From: Vicugna vicugna
Taxonomy: Eukaryota
Direction: 5' to 3'
Assembly (NCBI GenBank): GCA_013265495.1
Contig: MU058687.1
Coordinates: 3,966,093 to 4,030,092, forward strand
DNA: 64,000 nucleotides
Part shown: positions 23,591 through 36,118 of the stretch, one piece after another
Layout of the letters: every line of letters begins with the position of its first letter
Position numbering within the stretch: position 1 is the stretch's first letter
Notes under the pieces: generated by a model
What the model saw: the letters and a program-made list of their open reading frames with translations, nothing else
Databases searched by the model: none
What the model was told of the DNA's origin: nothing
Translations under genes and position numbers: made by a program

Positions 23591-26500
23591 TAAATGGACT
23601 CATCAAAGCATCTTTTTGTTTTAACAATGGCAAGTCTCTCCCAAAGGGAAAAAAAATGCATACCAGCTGCTAAGAGAGTGACATTTTCTCCTCATTATAG
23701 AATATGAGGGCTGTAACTGCCTTGGAGATCAAGCAGCTCCGAGGTCCTCAGACACGGCTAGTTGGTGACGATACCCTGGGCAGCATTTAAGAAGCCAGGT
23801 GCTGCCCCTGGTGATACTGGATTAGAAGGTCAGCATTGGGATGCGAGTGATGTCTGTGTGTGTGTGGGGGGGGGCCCAGAACATATTTATTTTAATTCAG
23901 GAAGACTTGGATTTCAGTCCTAACTTCACCGCTTACTAATGGACTCATCTTGGCTAAGCTATTAAAACTTCCAGAGTCTCAATTAGATCTGTTAGATGTG
24001 GAAAATATTACCTTCCTTAAATAACAAGCAGCCATTGGCAGGTTGGTCAGCATACAGTAGGTGTTAACAGTTGTTTTTTGGTTTGTTTTTTTTTTGGTTT
24101 TAGTTTTTCTTCCTTCCTCTGGTAAACAGTACAGAACCCTGACTACCTCTCTAAACACATTGGATGATGATTGAGGAAATGGGGGCCTAAACATCCCTGA
24201 GTCTTGGAGCACATCTTAAAAAGGGAAAGAGCTAGTCAGCTTCATTGTCCCTACTCAGAGCCCCCACACGCCTGCCTCCAAACTTGGTCAAGAGAAGTCC
24301 CTGACACCGGCATGGAGTCAGTAAATAAAAATATGTCATTTCTGACTATACTTGAATTTAAAAAAAATATGTATACACCCAAAAAAGAGATTTATTATGA
24401 ATTCACTTTCTCAGGACTATTTGAATTAATCTCCACACCAGCCCTATGAAGTAAATGCTATTATTATTCTTAACCATATAGGCTGTAAAATGTCTGTAGG
24501 CAGAGCTTTTTTTTTTCCTGGTCTACTATCTGGATTATTTACCCCATCCATTGTCTTTGTATTGAGAGGCCTTGGATTCTTTTCAACCATAATAGTACAG
24601 AAGAGCTAGGTGCCAGTATGAGCCAGTAGGAGCCCTGAGAATGAAGAATGTGAGATTGTGACTGTTTTTCGCCCTTCCAGGCACCAGAGCGCCGGTTGGT
24701 GAGCCCCTCTGCATTCCCCACAGATTTCCAGGCTTGCTCTTTTCAGGGGTCCCCAGACTGTGTCTGCCTCCAAACCTTTGCCCCAGAAGCTTTGTTCCTC
24801 CTACAGGGGAGCCCCAGTCCCCTCTCCCCCTCCCTGCTCAGGGTTGCAGGCAGGGCTTCTATCAGCAAGAACCCAGGGAGGCTATTCATCCGCGGCAGGC
24901 TTGACAATGGTGCTTACTCTTTGAGGAGGAGGAACACTTGTGATTTCATGGTAACAAAGCTCCAATTTTGGTAAGTCTGGGGAGTGGAGCTGCTCTGCCA
25001 CAAATTCTATATTTCTATCCTCCTCCACCTCCCTCTGCCCTGGCCAATTTATCTAAATCTTGCTCCTTGTCTTTCTTCATTGCCCATTTAATTTTATCTT
25101 TAAACTTATGGTCCAAATAACCCCCCCACGGTAGCTCTGCCCACAGCAACTGGCTTATTAACTCTTTTCTACTAGACAGTAAGGTTGAGGCGAGGGAGTG
25201 GATAAATGCAATCTTCTTGGGATTTATCAGGATTGAAAAGAGAAGGGAAAAGACGTGTGTAACAAAAAAAAAAAAAAACCCAAACAAACAAACAAAAAAC
25301 CAGAAAGGCAGGGAGAGAAGAGGGTGTGGAGGGAGATGAAGTGCTCTCTGACGGGAACAGATTGTCCAAAAGGCAGGTGGGTGGCAGAGAGTAAAAATAT
25401 CTAGGGGGTGACCAAGTCTTCAGTTTCTCTGAAACACTCACACTTCAGGGAGATACTGAAACTGCTAATTTTGTTAAGAAAAACAACCTCGTGCCTTTTA
25501 AGAAGAAAACAGAAAGGGTTAAGGAAAGCAGAAGGGGTTAAGCTATGTCTTTAATAATTCTTTTGTTGTTTCAGATTTGGAGGTTGTCTTTTTAACAAAA
25601 TGAATAATGCAATTGGCTGTTATGGAAAGATGTTAAATTTTGATGATGTTGAAACGAGAGACTGGGATCCTGTATGTGAAGTGCTCTGATTGGCCTTTCT
25701 GAAGGGAAGGTTCCCATGTGTGTCTCCTCATGAACCAGCCCTGCCCCATTGACTGGAAACTCTCCTCCAGCCCAGACTGCTGTTGATTACGTGGGTATAG
25801 GCCATTTCCCAAGGAGAATGCAAGGGAAGAGAAGGTTTCCATTGGTTCTCCTTATTCTTTAGCCTGCCCAGGCTTCCTGGCACCACTAATCCATACATCT
25901 GTTCTATGCTGTGTGCCAAGAGGCTGTTTAAATTGGGAATTCTTCTTTAATTTGTTAATAATAGCATGATGGCATTTCCATTGTAACCTCAAAACTCCAA
26001 AATTCTTAAAAACTCAAAACAAATCTTAAAAGATGTAACATTAGGCATTGCATTTTACTGACTCTAAAGGAAATGTGTACATGAGGGTAGACTTTCCTGG
26101 TGCTTCTTAAACTAGTAGGTATCAGCCTTAGTGCTGGGGCAGGTTGATGTGCCATGATCAATCACATGTAATATGTTAGTAAATAATAATTCATATACTG
26201 AATTTTGCCAAAGATTTACTAGAAATTTAAATTAGATCAGATTCAGGCTTATTGCTAAAGCAACATCACTTCCACACACCTGCATTCTGATGTGTTTTCT
26301 GGAGATTCTTTATCATGGGAGTGTGCCTTGCATATTAATATCATCCATCATGTTGGTTGCACTAAAGAAAAAGGAATAAATCAACTTTCAGCTCCTCTGT
26401 GTTAACAAATAACAGATCTTTATTTTCAAAGACTCTTAAGGAGTAGAATTGTGGTCACTGGGTTTCTCCCTAGCAGATGATGGCAAGAAAAAACATGTAG

Positions 26501-27049
26501 GAGATCTCCCATTTTAATACCCCTCTTCCACCCAACCCCGTTCAATTGGATAAGAAGGGACAGTATAATTTAGTGGAAAGGGCACAGGGTTTGTTTGAGC
26601 CAAAGTGACTTTGACATTTAATGGGCTGTGTGGCCTTGAACAAGACACTCAACCTGTCTGAGCTTTAAGTGTTCTCATTTGTAAGATGGAGGTAATGACA
26701 GTGTCAACTTTGTTTCAAGGATGAGAACTAAGATGCATGAAAAGTCCTGGAACAAAGCCAGGCACCAAAGTGGGCTTCAGTTATTATGATAGTTATAAGA
26801 TTACTGTTGTCACTGTGATTTTACATCTCCCTCCAGTGCCTGGTAAAAAGAGTGTATTTTATCCATGTGAAAATACAGCCTCAGCATCTAACTGTTCACA
26901 GGAGACAACACTGCCTCCCTCACAGCTGGTACTTAAAGCATCAAACAGCATCTACACTCCAGGTACTTGTTAGATAATTCAGTCAGAATCTACTGTAATC
27001 CCGCCAGAGGCTTGCCTACCACATCTGGTATTTATTTTTTCACTTACTT

Positions 27050-27300
27050 AACACACGCTCATCTAGCTCAGGTAGTGCTTACCATGTGCCCTGCCCTGTT
27101 CTAAGTGCCTTAAGAATACTTATTCAATCCTCATAACAAATCAATGATCTAGGTACTATCACCCCCATTTTATAGATAAGAAAACTGAGGCACAGAGAGG
27201 CTAAGGAAGTTCCCCAAGATCACAGAGCTAACAAGTGGAAAAGCAGGATTTGAACCTAAGTGGTTTGGCTCCAGTAATCTCTGGAACTTGATTACTGTAC
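27050..27300 (-). mobile_element. MIR SINE
   Basis: cccattttatagataagaaaactgaggcacagagaggctaaggaagttccccaagatcacagagcta...ggatttgaacc is a well-preserved MIR core. Confidence 0.85.
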
Positions 27301-28199
27301 TATATGAGAAAGACTGTCTAACAGTGATGCTCACCACTATTCTTTCAGAGTCGTCAAGTTCTTTCCCTGGGTTTAGTGAGATTCTCAGAAAGCAGGGACC
27401 CACACAATGAATTCAGCACCCCTTTCCCCGTTCTTAACAATTTAAGGTCCAGCCTTCAGTGCATGAGCCACTGGTTTAGTTGGAACTTTCTGTATCTTTG
27501 CCAAACCTGTTGCAGGTATTGTGTTCCATGTTGTCCAATAGTCCTAATAAGAAAACCCAAGTGATAAAGTGTATAAGCAGAGGGTGTTTCTGCCAAAGAT
27601 TTTGTTAGCTTTACTTGCCATGAAATGAAAACTTTGAAGCCCATACAGTTCCCTTTCTACTTCCATTTCCGTGGCTCTTGGGCCAAATTCTGTGCCCAAA
27701 TTCATCAGCTCTGTTCAGGTACCCGCTGATACTTACTTTTTCTGCTTCCTTTAGAGGACATCTGCTCTGTTTTTATCCCCAATCATTCTGTTTTTCTTAT
27801 TGATTAATCATATATAATTCCTCCAAATCTCTTGGATGTAGGGAGGGTATAAACCATAAGCCAATAAGAAGCTTACGATGATTTTCTTACCATGTAAAAT
27901 GTTTCAAGGTGTATAGACTAAAGTAGAAGGGAGATGGAAAAAAATAATGATAAATTATACTACTTATTATGAATAGCGACCATTTACTTACTGCTTGCTT
28001 TGCAGCAGGCACTGTGCTAAATGCTTTACATACATTATCTCTTTTTAATCCGTGCAGACGTGGTTAATAAGCGATAGCGCTCTAATTCAAAAGCAAGTCT
28101 TTATGACGTCAATGCCTGTCCTCTTAAACCACTACACCACACTATGTGTAAATTTAGTTCAGACACAAATCTCATATTTTGTCCAAATCAAGCAAAACA

Positions 28200-28830
28200 T
28201 TTTTCCTCCTCTTGACCTCAGGTAAAGAGAGTTTGTAACACACCATCACCCATAGTACAAGTCCTCCCTGATTTTATTTTTCCCCTTCATCCCTGATTGT
28301 ACTTTCTATTCTGTTACACACACACACATATTTTTTAAAATAAGTATATACCTTTGTAAAATATGTAATGTGATTTTGTTGTTACACATTTTAAATTTAT
28401 GTTAATAGCAGTGGGCTCTATCTTTTGATGAGTTTGTTATCTCTTGAGTTATTTTTTCCATTCAAAACTGTATGTTTAAGATCTTTTCATGTTGCCACGT
28501 TTTACACGGAGTTTCTCCTTTGTAACCGCTGCATAACATCCCGCTATGTGGATCCTCATGTCTTCCACATCTATTACTCTAGTGCTGGGACTCTGCTCTC
28601 ACCAGCAGGGTGGTACCTGGTGCCCAGTGAGAACTTCTTGGGGCTGTATTCTCAGGAGTAGCCTTGCTGGGTTTTAGGGCATATGGATGCTTAATTACAC
28701 CAAAGGCTTCCAGATTGCTTTCTAGAAGGACTACACCCGTTTAAACTCTCACCAGCTATGCCCACATCCTTGACAATACTTGGCCTTATCCACCTTTTTC
28801 TTTTCTTCTTCTTCATTAAACGTTGATTAC
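28200..28830 (-). mobile_element. Old L1 (L1ME-like) 3' fragment
   Basis: tgtttaagatcttttcatgttgc...cagattgctttctagaagg...actctcaccagc...ccacatccttgacaatacttgg antisense L1 pattern. Confidence 0.65.
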
Positions 28831-28929
28831 CAAGGCAGGCTCTTACAGAAATACAGATGGACATACATGAGCAAATCAGTTGTATCAAGAATGAAAACCA
28901 CAGCAGATAAAGTAGCATATACTTCCCAG

Positions 28930-30010
28930 TGTTGGCGCTGGAGGCAGCGGCTGCCCGGGAAGAAGCTCAGCTAGAACATCCTGGCTCCAGGCGGATCTCA
29001 GGGACGTGGCGTTGGGTGGGGGCAGCACCAGTTCCTGGGCCTCGGGCCAGCCGGGGGCCCCAGGCCTCCAATGCACCAGGCAGATCCCCTCAGGCGGGGG
29101 CAGCCACGCCTGGGCCCCCGGGGCTGCAGTCAGGACGTCGCAGGTGTCTCGGGCTTCAGGGTCCGCGAAGGGCCGCCTCTGGAGCCCTCCGCTTGGTCGG
29201 CCTTTTTCAGGAGGATCTCGCGGGGAATGACCCCGCTCGGGCGAGTCGGCCGGGTGGAGAGGCGCAGTGCTTTCGGGGGGCCTGAGTCAGGGCCCCCGCC
29301 CCCGCCCCGCCCTGTAGAAGGAGCCCGTCTGGAGGTGGCAGGACGGCCCTCCAGCAGGGCCTCCCAGCCCGACTGGGGGTTTCACAGCCGTGTTGAAGGG
29401 CTGTCCTTTGTGCACTCGGGGCTCCCACGGAGAACAAAGAGCCGCCCCTGACGCAGCGCCGCGGCGGCCGGGGGCAGCGGAAGAGGGTGGAGTCCCAGCG
29501 GCCGGCGTGAAGGTCTGGAAAGATCCGCACGCAGGCGGGCGTCCCCCCGGGGACGTGCGGGACGTGCCGAGCGCTGGCGCACCTCGGCCGCTGCGCGACT
29601 CCTCGGAGCCCTTGTCCTTCGGGTTCCGGCTCTTGTGGGCCCGCGAGGGAGCCCACGTGCTGGGAGGCGGCCGGCCGGAAGCGGGTCCGCCGGCGGGCCG
29701 CCTGCCTGTCCCCGAGCTCCGCGACCGCCCGGCGTCGCCGCAGGCCTGCACCCACGGAATACGGTACAGGAGCCGGTGGGCGGGCTTGTCCGGGTGGAGC
29801 AGCGTCCACCTTTGTAGTCAATGCCATTGTGCAGAAGTAAAGTGGTGTCGCAGAAGTAAAAGCCTCCCGCAGGCTCGGAAGACTTGAGCGCGCCCCGGAG
29901 ACTGCGTGGGACCGCTCAGGTGGGCCGTGGGCTGGATGTGTACGGGCCAGCGGAGCCGCAGCCGTTTCCCTGAGCCCGGCCCGCCACCTCGCAGTTGGTG
30001 TATGCGTTTC
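28930..30010. promoter_or_regulatory. CpG island with promoter motifs; target transcript not identified
   Basis: Very high GC and CpG density. Tandem GC boxes (29295-29312), AP-1 TGAGTCA (29283), E-box CACGTG (29654), ETS CCGGAAG (29675), ACTACAA ZNF143/THAP11-type motif on the minus strand (29812-29819), candidate first-exon donor CAG|GTGGGC at 29919/29920. Confidence 0.85.
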
Positions 30011-31119
30011 TTTTACCGGCTAACGTTGCTTTGCTTTGATAGTTATTTGTGTACTTGTGTCTAGCGACCACCTTATGGGTTGTGAACTATGTCTGTCTTC
30101 CACGCCTTTGCATGTCCTGCAATGCTTGGTTTGTAGCGAGACCCTTAGCACGTGTTTTTTAACAATGAATTATCTGAATTTCTGGAGGTACTGCCTGCCA
30201 TTAAGAGGCCACTGGCTGGGAAAGGGTGGGATGGAGCTAAGAATAGGAAGCTACAGTGACCCTTTTCTATTCTAGCGGGGTGATTCCGTCCGTCTTTTCT
30301 TTCCTGGACTGTCCCCCACGCCCCTTAACCTGAGGTACATACTATGTTAGGACAAATGAACTCCGTAAAACTGCTCTGGTAAAACCGGACTATTGAGCAG
30401 ATGGGATTTTCCCCTAAACTGACAACTGAAAATTATTCCAGGTTATTGATTCATAGTCCTTTCTGGTAACCTCCTGGCTGTGCTGGGGAAGGGAAGTTCC
30501 CAGAGATAGCAAAGACTTTTTTTTCTCAATCAGTAACTCGTCTCAACCTTGTTGGGCAGAGTGGATGATGTGTTTCATAATGCATGAGTGTTTATTTAAC
30601 AAACAGCAGCGCTTTCTAATTAAACTGTTGGTGAAGATACAGACGGTGTAACCTTTCCTTCAGGATTGGATATTCCTTGGCTTTTCTAAGACATTGACCC
30701 TTCACTAGCCCACATGCCTCTAGGCAGTACATGCTGTGGGAGTTATTAAGAGCAGGCTGGGTCGGTGTGGCCACTTCTGTTGAATCATTCAGCAGCTGAA
30801 GTCCGGACTCTGGTGTAGAGTTTGTCGTCCTCACCTTGAATTTCTCTTTATACATAAGCTCTTGGAATGCATGCAGGTGCGGAGACCCTCATACTGGAAT
30901 TTGTAAGAAAAGAGAGTTCTAGGTAAACTCTTACAGGAAGCTCCTTACGACTTCTAGTTTTAAGGAGTAGCTAGTGATTCCTGCAAATCTCTTCCTGTCA
31001 CTTCCTGAAACTACATTGCATTTAGGTTTTAAACTTCATTTATAGAACCAAGTCCCTGAAAGATCAAATATGTTTCAGAATTATGCTACCTTAGGATGCT
31101 TTTCCCCACGATGATGTTT

Positions 31120-31492
31120 TGTATTAGTCAGCATAGACTTGATTATGCTGCAGTAACAAGTTAACCCCCAAATCTGGGTATCTTAAAACAACATAGCTTT
31201 ATTTCTCTCTCACATTACATGTTGAACACCAGTAACAATGGGGCTTTGCTTATCATAGACTGAGGGAAGGTCCATCATTGTATGATGTGGCCATATCCAT
31301 GTGAGTCTTTAGCAGAGAAGGAGAACAAGGAATATGTGCACTGGCTCTTGAGTGCTTTCATCATTTTCATTGACCAAAGCAAGTCACATGGCCATGCTTC
31401 AGTACGAGGTGCTGGAGAAGTGTAATTCTCCTGTCTTCTCAAAGAGAAAACAGGACTGGAAATAATATAGAATGTTATCCATGTTTACCACA
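31120..31492 (-). mobile_element. MLT1 (MaLR) LTR relic
   Basis: tgtattagtcag...tatgctgcagtaacaa...aaaacaac...tttatttctctctcac...ttgaccaaagcaagtcacatggcc...ttaccaca. Confidence 0.75.
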
Positions 31493-32059
31493 GTGATGTT
31501 GGACATGGGAAAATGGTGACAGCTTTGTTAGATACCAGAAAATTTCATACAGTGAGCATGACATACATTCTCTTGCAGAGAAGAGAACCATAGCCTCTCA
31601 GAATGTAAGGATCTTAGAGGGGACCTCAGCCAGTGAGGTCTGGAGGTCTAGAGGTTCATGTCATAGGGGACACAGAGGGAAAGAAGTGAGAGGCTAAGAT
31701 GAGATCCTGTCCACACATCTCCTTTAGGTAGAGCAGCATTATGTTTACAGCATATACTCCTAAAATGATATGATTTTCAGTCCTCCACTTGGCTGGTCAC
31801 TTTCCCCGGAATGTGCCTCGGTTTTTCATTGGCCCTTCATAAACCCAGCACTTAGGCATGAACATACCATTCCTTCCATATGTGGTTTCATCACTGTAGA
31901 AACCAGAAGACCTGTTGGTTTTCCTTGCTTTGGATTCTTATTTCGGCAGTTAACATTTAACTAGTCTTTCTGACAGTCATACCTTTGGCTGATTCTAAGT
32001 CCCTTATAGGTTTTTCTAACTCAAGGAGGCATATAGTTTTTTTTTTTTAAATAGTAGGT

Positions 32060-33450
32060 TGTGGTAGATTGTATTTTTCAAAGATGTCTACAGTAACACT
32101 TTCTGTCTCATACACTGTTCTCTGATGTGTCCTTGATAATCTCTTGTCAACATCAAGAGGTAGAATCTCTCCCTCCAGCCTCTTGAATCCGGACAGACCA
32201 TATAATGGTTTTGATCAATAGCATATGGTAGTTTAACGCTGAGATAGATCTGGGAGTAGCCATTCCCTGGCCTGGCAGCTTCTATGTTCTGACTAGGAAG
32301 CCAGTTAAGAAGTGTGACTGCAAAGAGAAGCCTAAGTTAGAGGGAGAGGCTTTGGAGAATGATATGCAACATGGAGAAAGAGAGAGGCCAAGGAGACACT
32401 AAGAGGGTGAGTGAAGACGCCATCTTGGATACCTGCTCCACTGAGGCTTCATATAACACCAGCTCCAGCTGCAACTGACTGCAGCCACATGGGAGACCCC
32501 AAGATTAAATCTCATAGCTGATCCGAGCCAACTCACAGAACCATGAGAAGTAATACATTATTTTAAGCCATTGCATTTGGGGCTAGTTTTTTTATGAAGC
32601 AATAAATAACCAGAATAGAATTTGGTACCAGAGGCAACCTCTTAAGATTCTTAAAAGTCATTTTGCCTAAAGAGTGTTAGAAGCTATAACCGTATGATTC
32701 TAAGAAGTCATTTTTCTAGTTGAGAGATTCTATAAGGCCTCACCTTACTCTTTCTTAGGTGTAAACAAAATGTCTTAGGCTGTACCTTCGATCTAAATGT
32801 AATCTTAAGGCTGTGTTTTATAGGAAGGGTCCTGAATTTGATCTATATCATGAGCCTTTCTTGTTTTTAGAAACATTTTCTGGTTGGAAAGACTGGGGAT
32901 AAAAAATACTTCTATTTTCAAACCCTTTAAGTTCTGATTCTTCTATATTTCCTCTAAATTCTATGTGAAAATTTACCAATCCCTTCCTATTTGTACCTTG
33001 TCATAAAGAGGTAAACTAGTTGGTACCTTTGGTAATCTGCCTGGAATTTCCTTAGCCAGTTCCACCAGTTCCAGGGGTTTTTTTTTTTTCAATTTTCATG
33101 TTACTGTAGGTGACAGCTTGGCTAAACTTCCTGCCACTTCCTAATGCTTGTCATCTTTCCTCCAGCCTCCAATAACAAATTTCCTCATGGACCCAGGCTT
33201 CTCACAGCAGAGTGGCTGGATTCCCAGAGGAGGTATCATATGAACAGACCTTCTCAGAAAGTCAGATAGGAACTCCAAGGCTTCTTATGATTTGGCTTTA
33301 GGAGTCACTCAGTGTCACTTCCACCGTGTTCTGTTGATCAAAAACGAGTCACAGGGTCTGCTCGTATTCAAGATGAGGGGACTGTACAAAGGCTTAGGTA
33401 CTGTAAGTCATGGTTCATTGGTGGGGGGCCCATCCTTGGAGGCCAGCTAC
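32060..33450. mobile_element. MLT1 LTR (32060-32620) followed by MaLR internal-like and further MLT1 fragments
   Basis: tgtggtagattgtattttt...ttttaagccattgcatttggggctag...aagcaataaataaccagaata, then gaatttggtaccag (MaLR internal start). Confidence 0.7.
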
Positions 33451-35714
33451 TTAGGTGGATAGAGACATGATGGAACATCTTTGATGAAACTGTGGTTAAT
33501 ATGAGTTGCACTAGGTGCCATTGTTGGTTAGCAAGCTGTCTTATTCTGGAGCTTAGGTGAATTGGCCCTGTCTAGATCCTTGGAGAAGTAGTGGTGTCCA
33601 GTTAGCAGTGGAAGGGCTTGCTGGCCATTAAGCACAGATAACCTTTGGTCTCCTCCCGTGTTTCTTGCACAGGGGCATAAAGCAGCATTTTAATGAGACC
33701 TATTGAGATGTCCTGACAGACCTTTTCCTTTACTTTTGTGTCTGGCCTGTCCACCTCCATGTAAATGCCTCATCAAGAAATAAGACCTAGGATTTTGGGA
33801 TGGGTATATAAGCACACAAGAGAACTAGACTGAAAATCTTTTTTACCTGCCTCTCAGCATTCGCAGTGCCAGCAGGGTAGGGTTCTAAGAGCAGCGATGG
33901 TTTAGACCCTATAGCAGAGGATCTAGGGAGCAGGGCTAGTGGGGAGCCAGGGGGAATGTTTCCATCCTGTGAAAGTGGCTTTTGCCTTTGAGGCAGCAAC
34001 AGTAATATTTCATGTCTTCCATGATGTCTCCTACCTTTAAATGTCAGTCTGTGCAGCCGCCTTATCTCCCGTAGCACATTTCAATTAGGTATTCCAAATC
34101 ACGCTCTTTTCTTCCAGGACGAATATGCCGGAGGTGATATTTACTGTTACAGCAGCATTTTAAAAACTTAGGGAGGAAAAAAAAGGCCTAGTGAATAGCA
34201 GTTTCTCCCTTATAATAGTAATAAAACACAATAGTAATGGAGAGAAGAGGTGAATTCTGGGTTTAATGCCAGTAATTGGCTGATTTACGTGAATGGCTTT
34301 GTCTGCGCCCCCTTTTTGTCCCCCTCCTCCTATTCCTGCCTTAGTGTGAAGGGTGGGAGTTTCATTTCCTTGGGGGTTCACACATGCCTCCTCCAGTGGC
34401 TTTTACCAAGAGACAGCTGGACTCCCATTTCACCCACTCACTGTTCTTTCTTTTGTTTCGAGAAATGTTTGCATAAAATCAGAGTCACTATTTCTCTCGT
34501 AATTTGCCGGGCATCATTGTTTGCTCCTTACCTATGGGTATTTTCCGCTCTCAATGAAACACTGTCCACCCCACCTCCAGGAGGCATATCTTTGAGAAAC
34601 TTATGTGTTACATGTTTCCTGCTGCTTGGAATGTAGTCTCAGCTCCTCGACTTGATATTGGAGGTCCTTCAGTCTGGCCTGCATTTCTCAGCACACCTCT
34701 TACTGGTCTTTAGATCCACTTGTTCACTGGGCTGATGTCTTCGTTGCCTCCCTGGTAGTTTTTCCACGTTCCTCCATCCAGACTTTGTGCAGGCCTCGCA
34801 CAGTGCTCGGTGCATGGTGGTGGTGGGGCCTTCTTCGTCACTGTTCTCCCCCATGTTGGGAATCCTTCCACGAGATACCTTCTCCATGTACCGGGTTCCT
34901 GTCCAAGCTGACGAGAGCAAAGTAGGTCCCTCTTCCTTCAGGAAGCCTTCTCTGACCTCATTAGCATTCGGTGCTGCCCCTTCTCTGATTTTTAAAGTGC
35001 TCATTATCATCACCGCTCCTTTGGCACTTGGCATGTACTATTTTATGCTGCTTTGAATGTCCATACGTTATCTACCCAATTAAATTGTAAGTGCCCTACA
35101 GGCAGGGATAACTTTGCCCTGTGCTTATCTGATATCCCCTCAGGGTCCAAGATATTTCTTTAAACATAGCAAGTGTTTGGTTAATATTTGTTGATTAAGT
35201 GGACAGATCAAGGAGTAAATGAAAGATCCTGAGAGGCCTGCCTTTTGAAGCCAGTCTGCTCGGTTTGGAAATCATAAACGTGCCTAAGACAAGGCCTTTC
35301 ATTTGACTGTTTCCCCTATAAATGTAGCTCTACTACTTGGATTTCTCAGAAGTGAAGGCTCCTGCCCCAGCCTGATCCCTGAAACTGATCTTTCAGGTGA
35401 AGAGCTTTCCTAGTGTGAGAGAATTCTGAAGGTATCTAAGGTTGGCCACATCCTGTGCTTTAATAATGAAGGTGTCTTGATCACTGGTGTGAAAGGGATT
35501 GGAATATCAAATTTCAGTCCATAGCTGACTGGAGTAGAATCTCACCAAGTTTCAGTTTTGTCTCTGCTGTTTACTAGTCAGTCTCTCTATGCCTCAATTT
35601 CTCCGTCTATAAAATGGGTTTAATAATTGCTGTCTATCTTATGGGGTTTCTGCGAGGTGCCAATGTAATAATAAATGTAAAAATATTTTGGACATCGTAA
35701 CACATTATATGAAT

Positions 35715-36118
35715 TGTTATGGAAACAACAGGCCAGCCAAGAAATAAGCACCACTCGGAGGGTTGGAGTACTCAGATTTATTATGCCGGCAGGCTCAGAG
35801 GGGCTTCTGCTCCGAAGCTCTGAGCACCTCCAAGACGTGTGTATGGGGTTTTATAGGGTTAATTACAAGTATGGGGCTATTAGCCAATAAGGCTCAAACA
35901 GCAAAACCAAGGAATCAGTACACTGAAGCTTATCTATTAGGAACAGATCACGTTACTGACACTTGTTGAGCTTGGATTTACGAGTTAGCTTGTTAGCGCA
36001 GTAAACTGACACTAAACTTCAGATTTACGAGTTAGCCCAGCAGAACTTAGACCAGTAAACCGTCACTTATTACGATTTATGAGTTATCTTGTTAGCCCAG
36101 CCCGGCTTTTCCTTCTCA
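35715..36118 (-). mobile_element. Lineage-specific ERV1-type solo LTR
   Basis: TG...CA termini (tgttatgg...ccttctca), 404 bp, near-TSD gaat/gagt. Minus-strand TATAAA (~35850) and AATAAA (~35780) are in the correct order, and CpGs are retained. Confidence 0.8.

Noticed and set aside
23192..23633. Leu/Pro/Ser-rich and Glu/Arg/Gly-rich ORFs
   Set aside because: They are translations of the CT-rich low-complexity tract.
28929..29887. Long overlapping ORFs (118-206 aa) across the CpG island
   Set aside because: Pro/Arg/Gly/Ala-rich translations on both strands are expected from GC-rich, stop-poor DNA; no recognisable domain.
35970..36095. Spaced short repeats resembling a CRISPR array
   Set aside because: Only three degenerate ~13-bp copies with related spacers inside an LTR U3, in a eukaryotic context with no cas genes.
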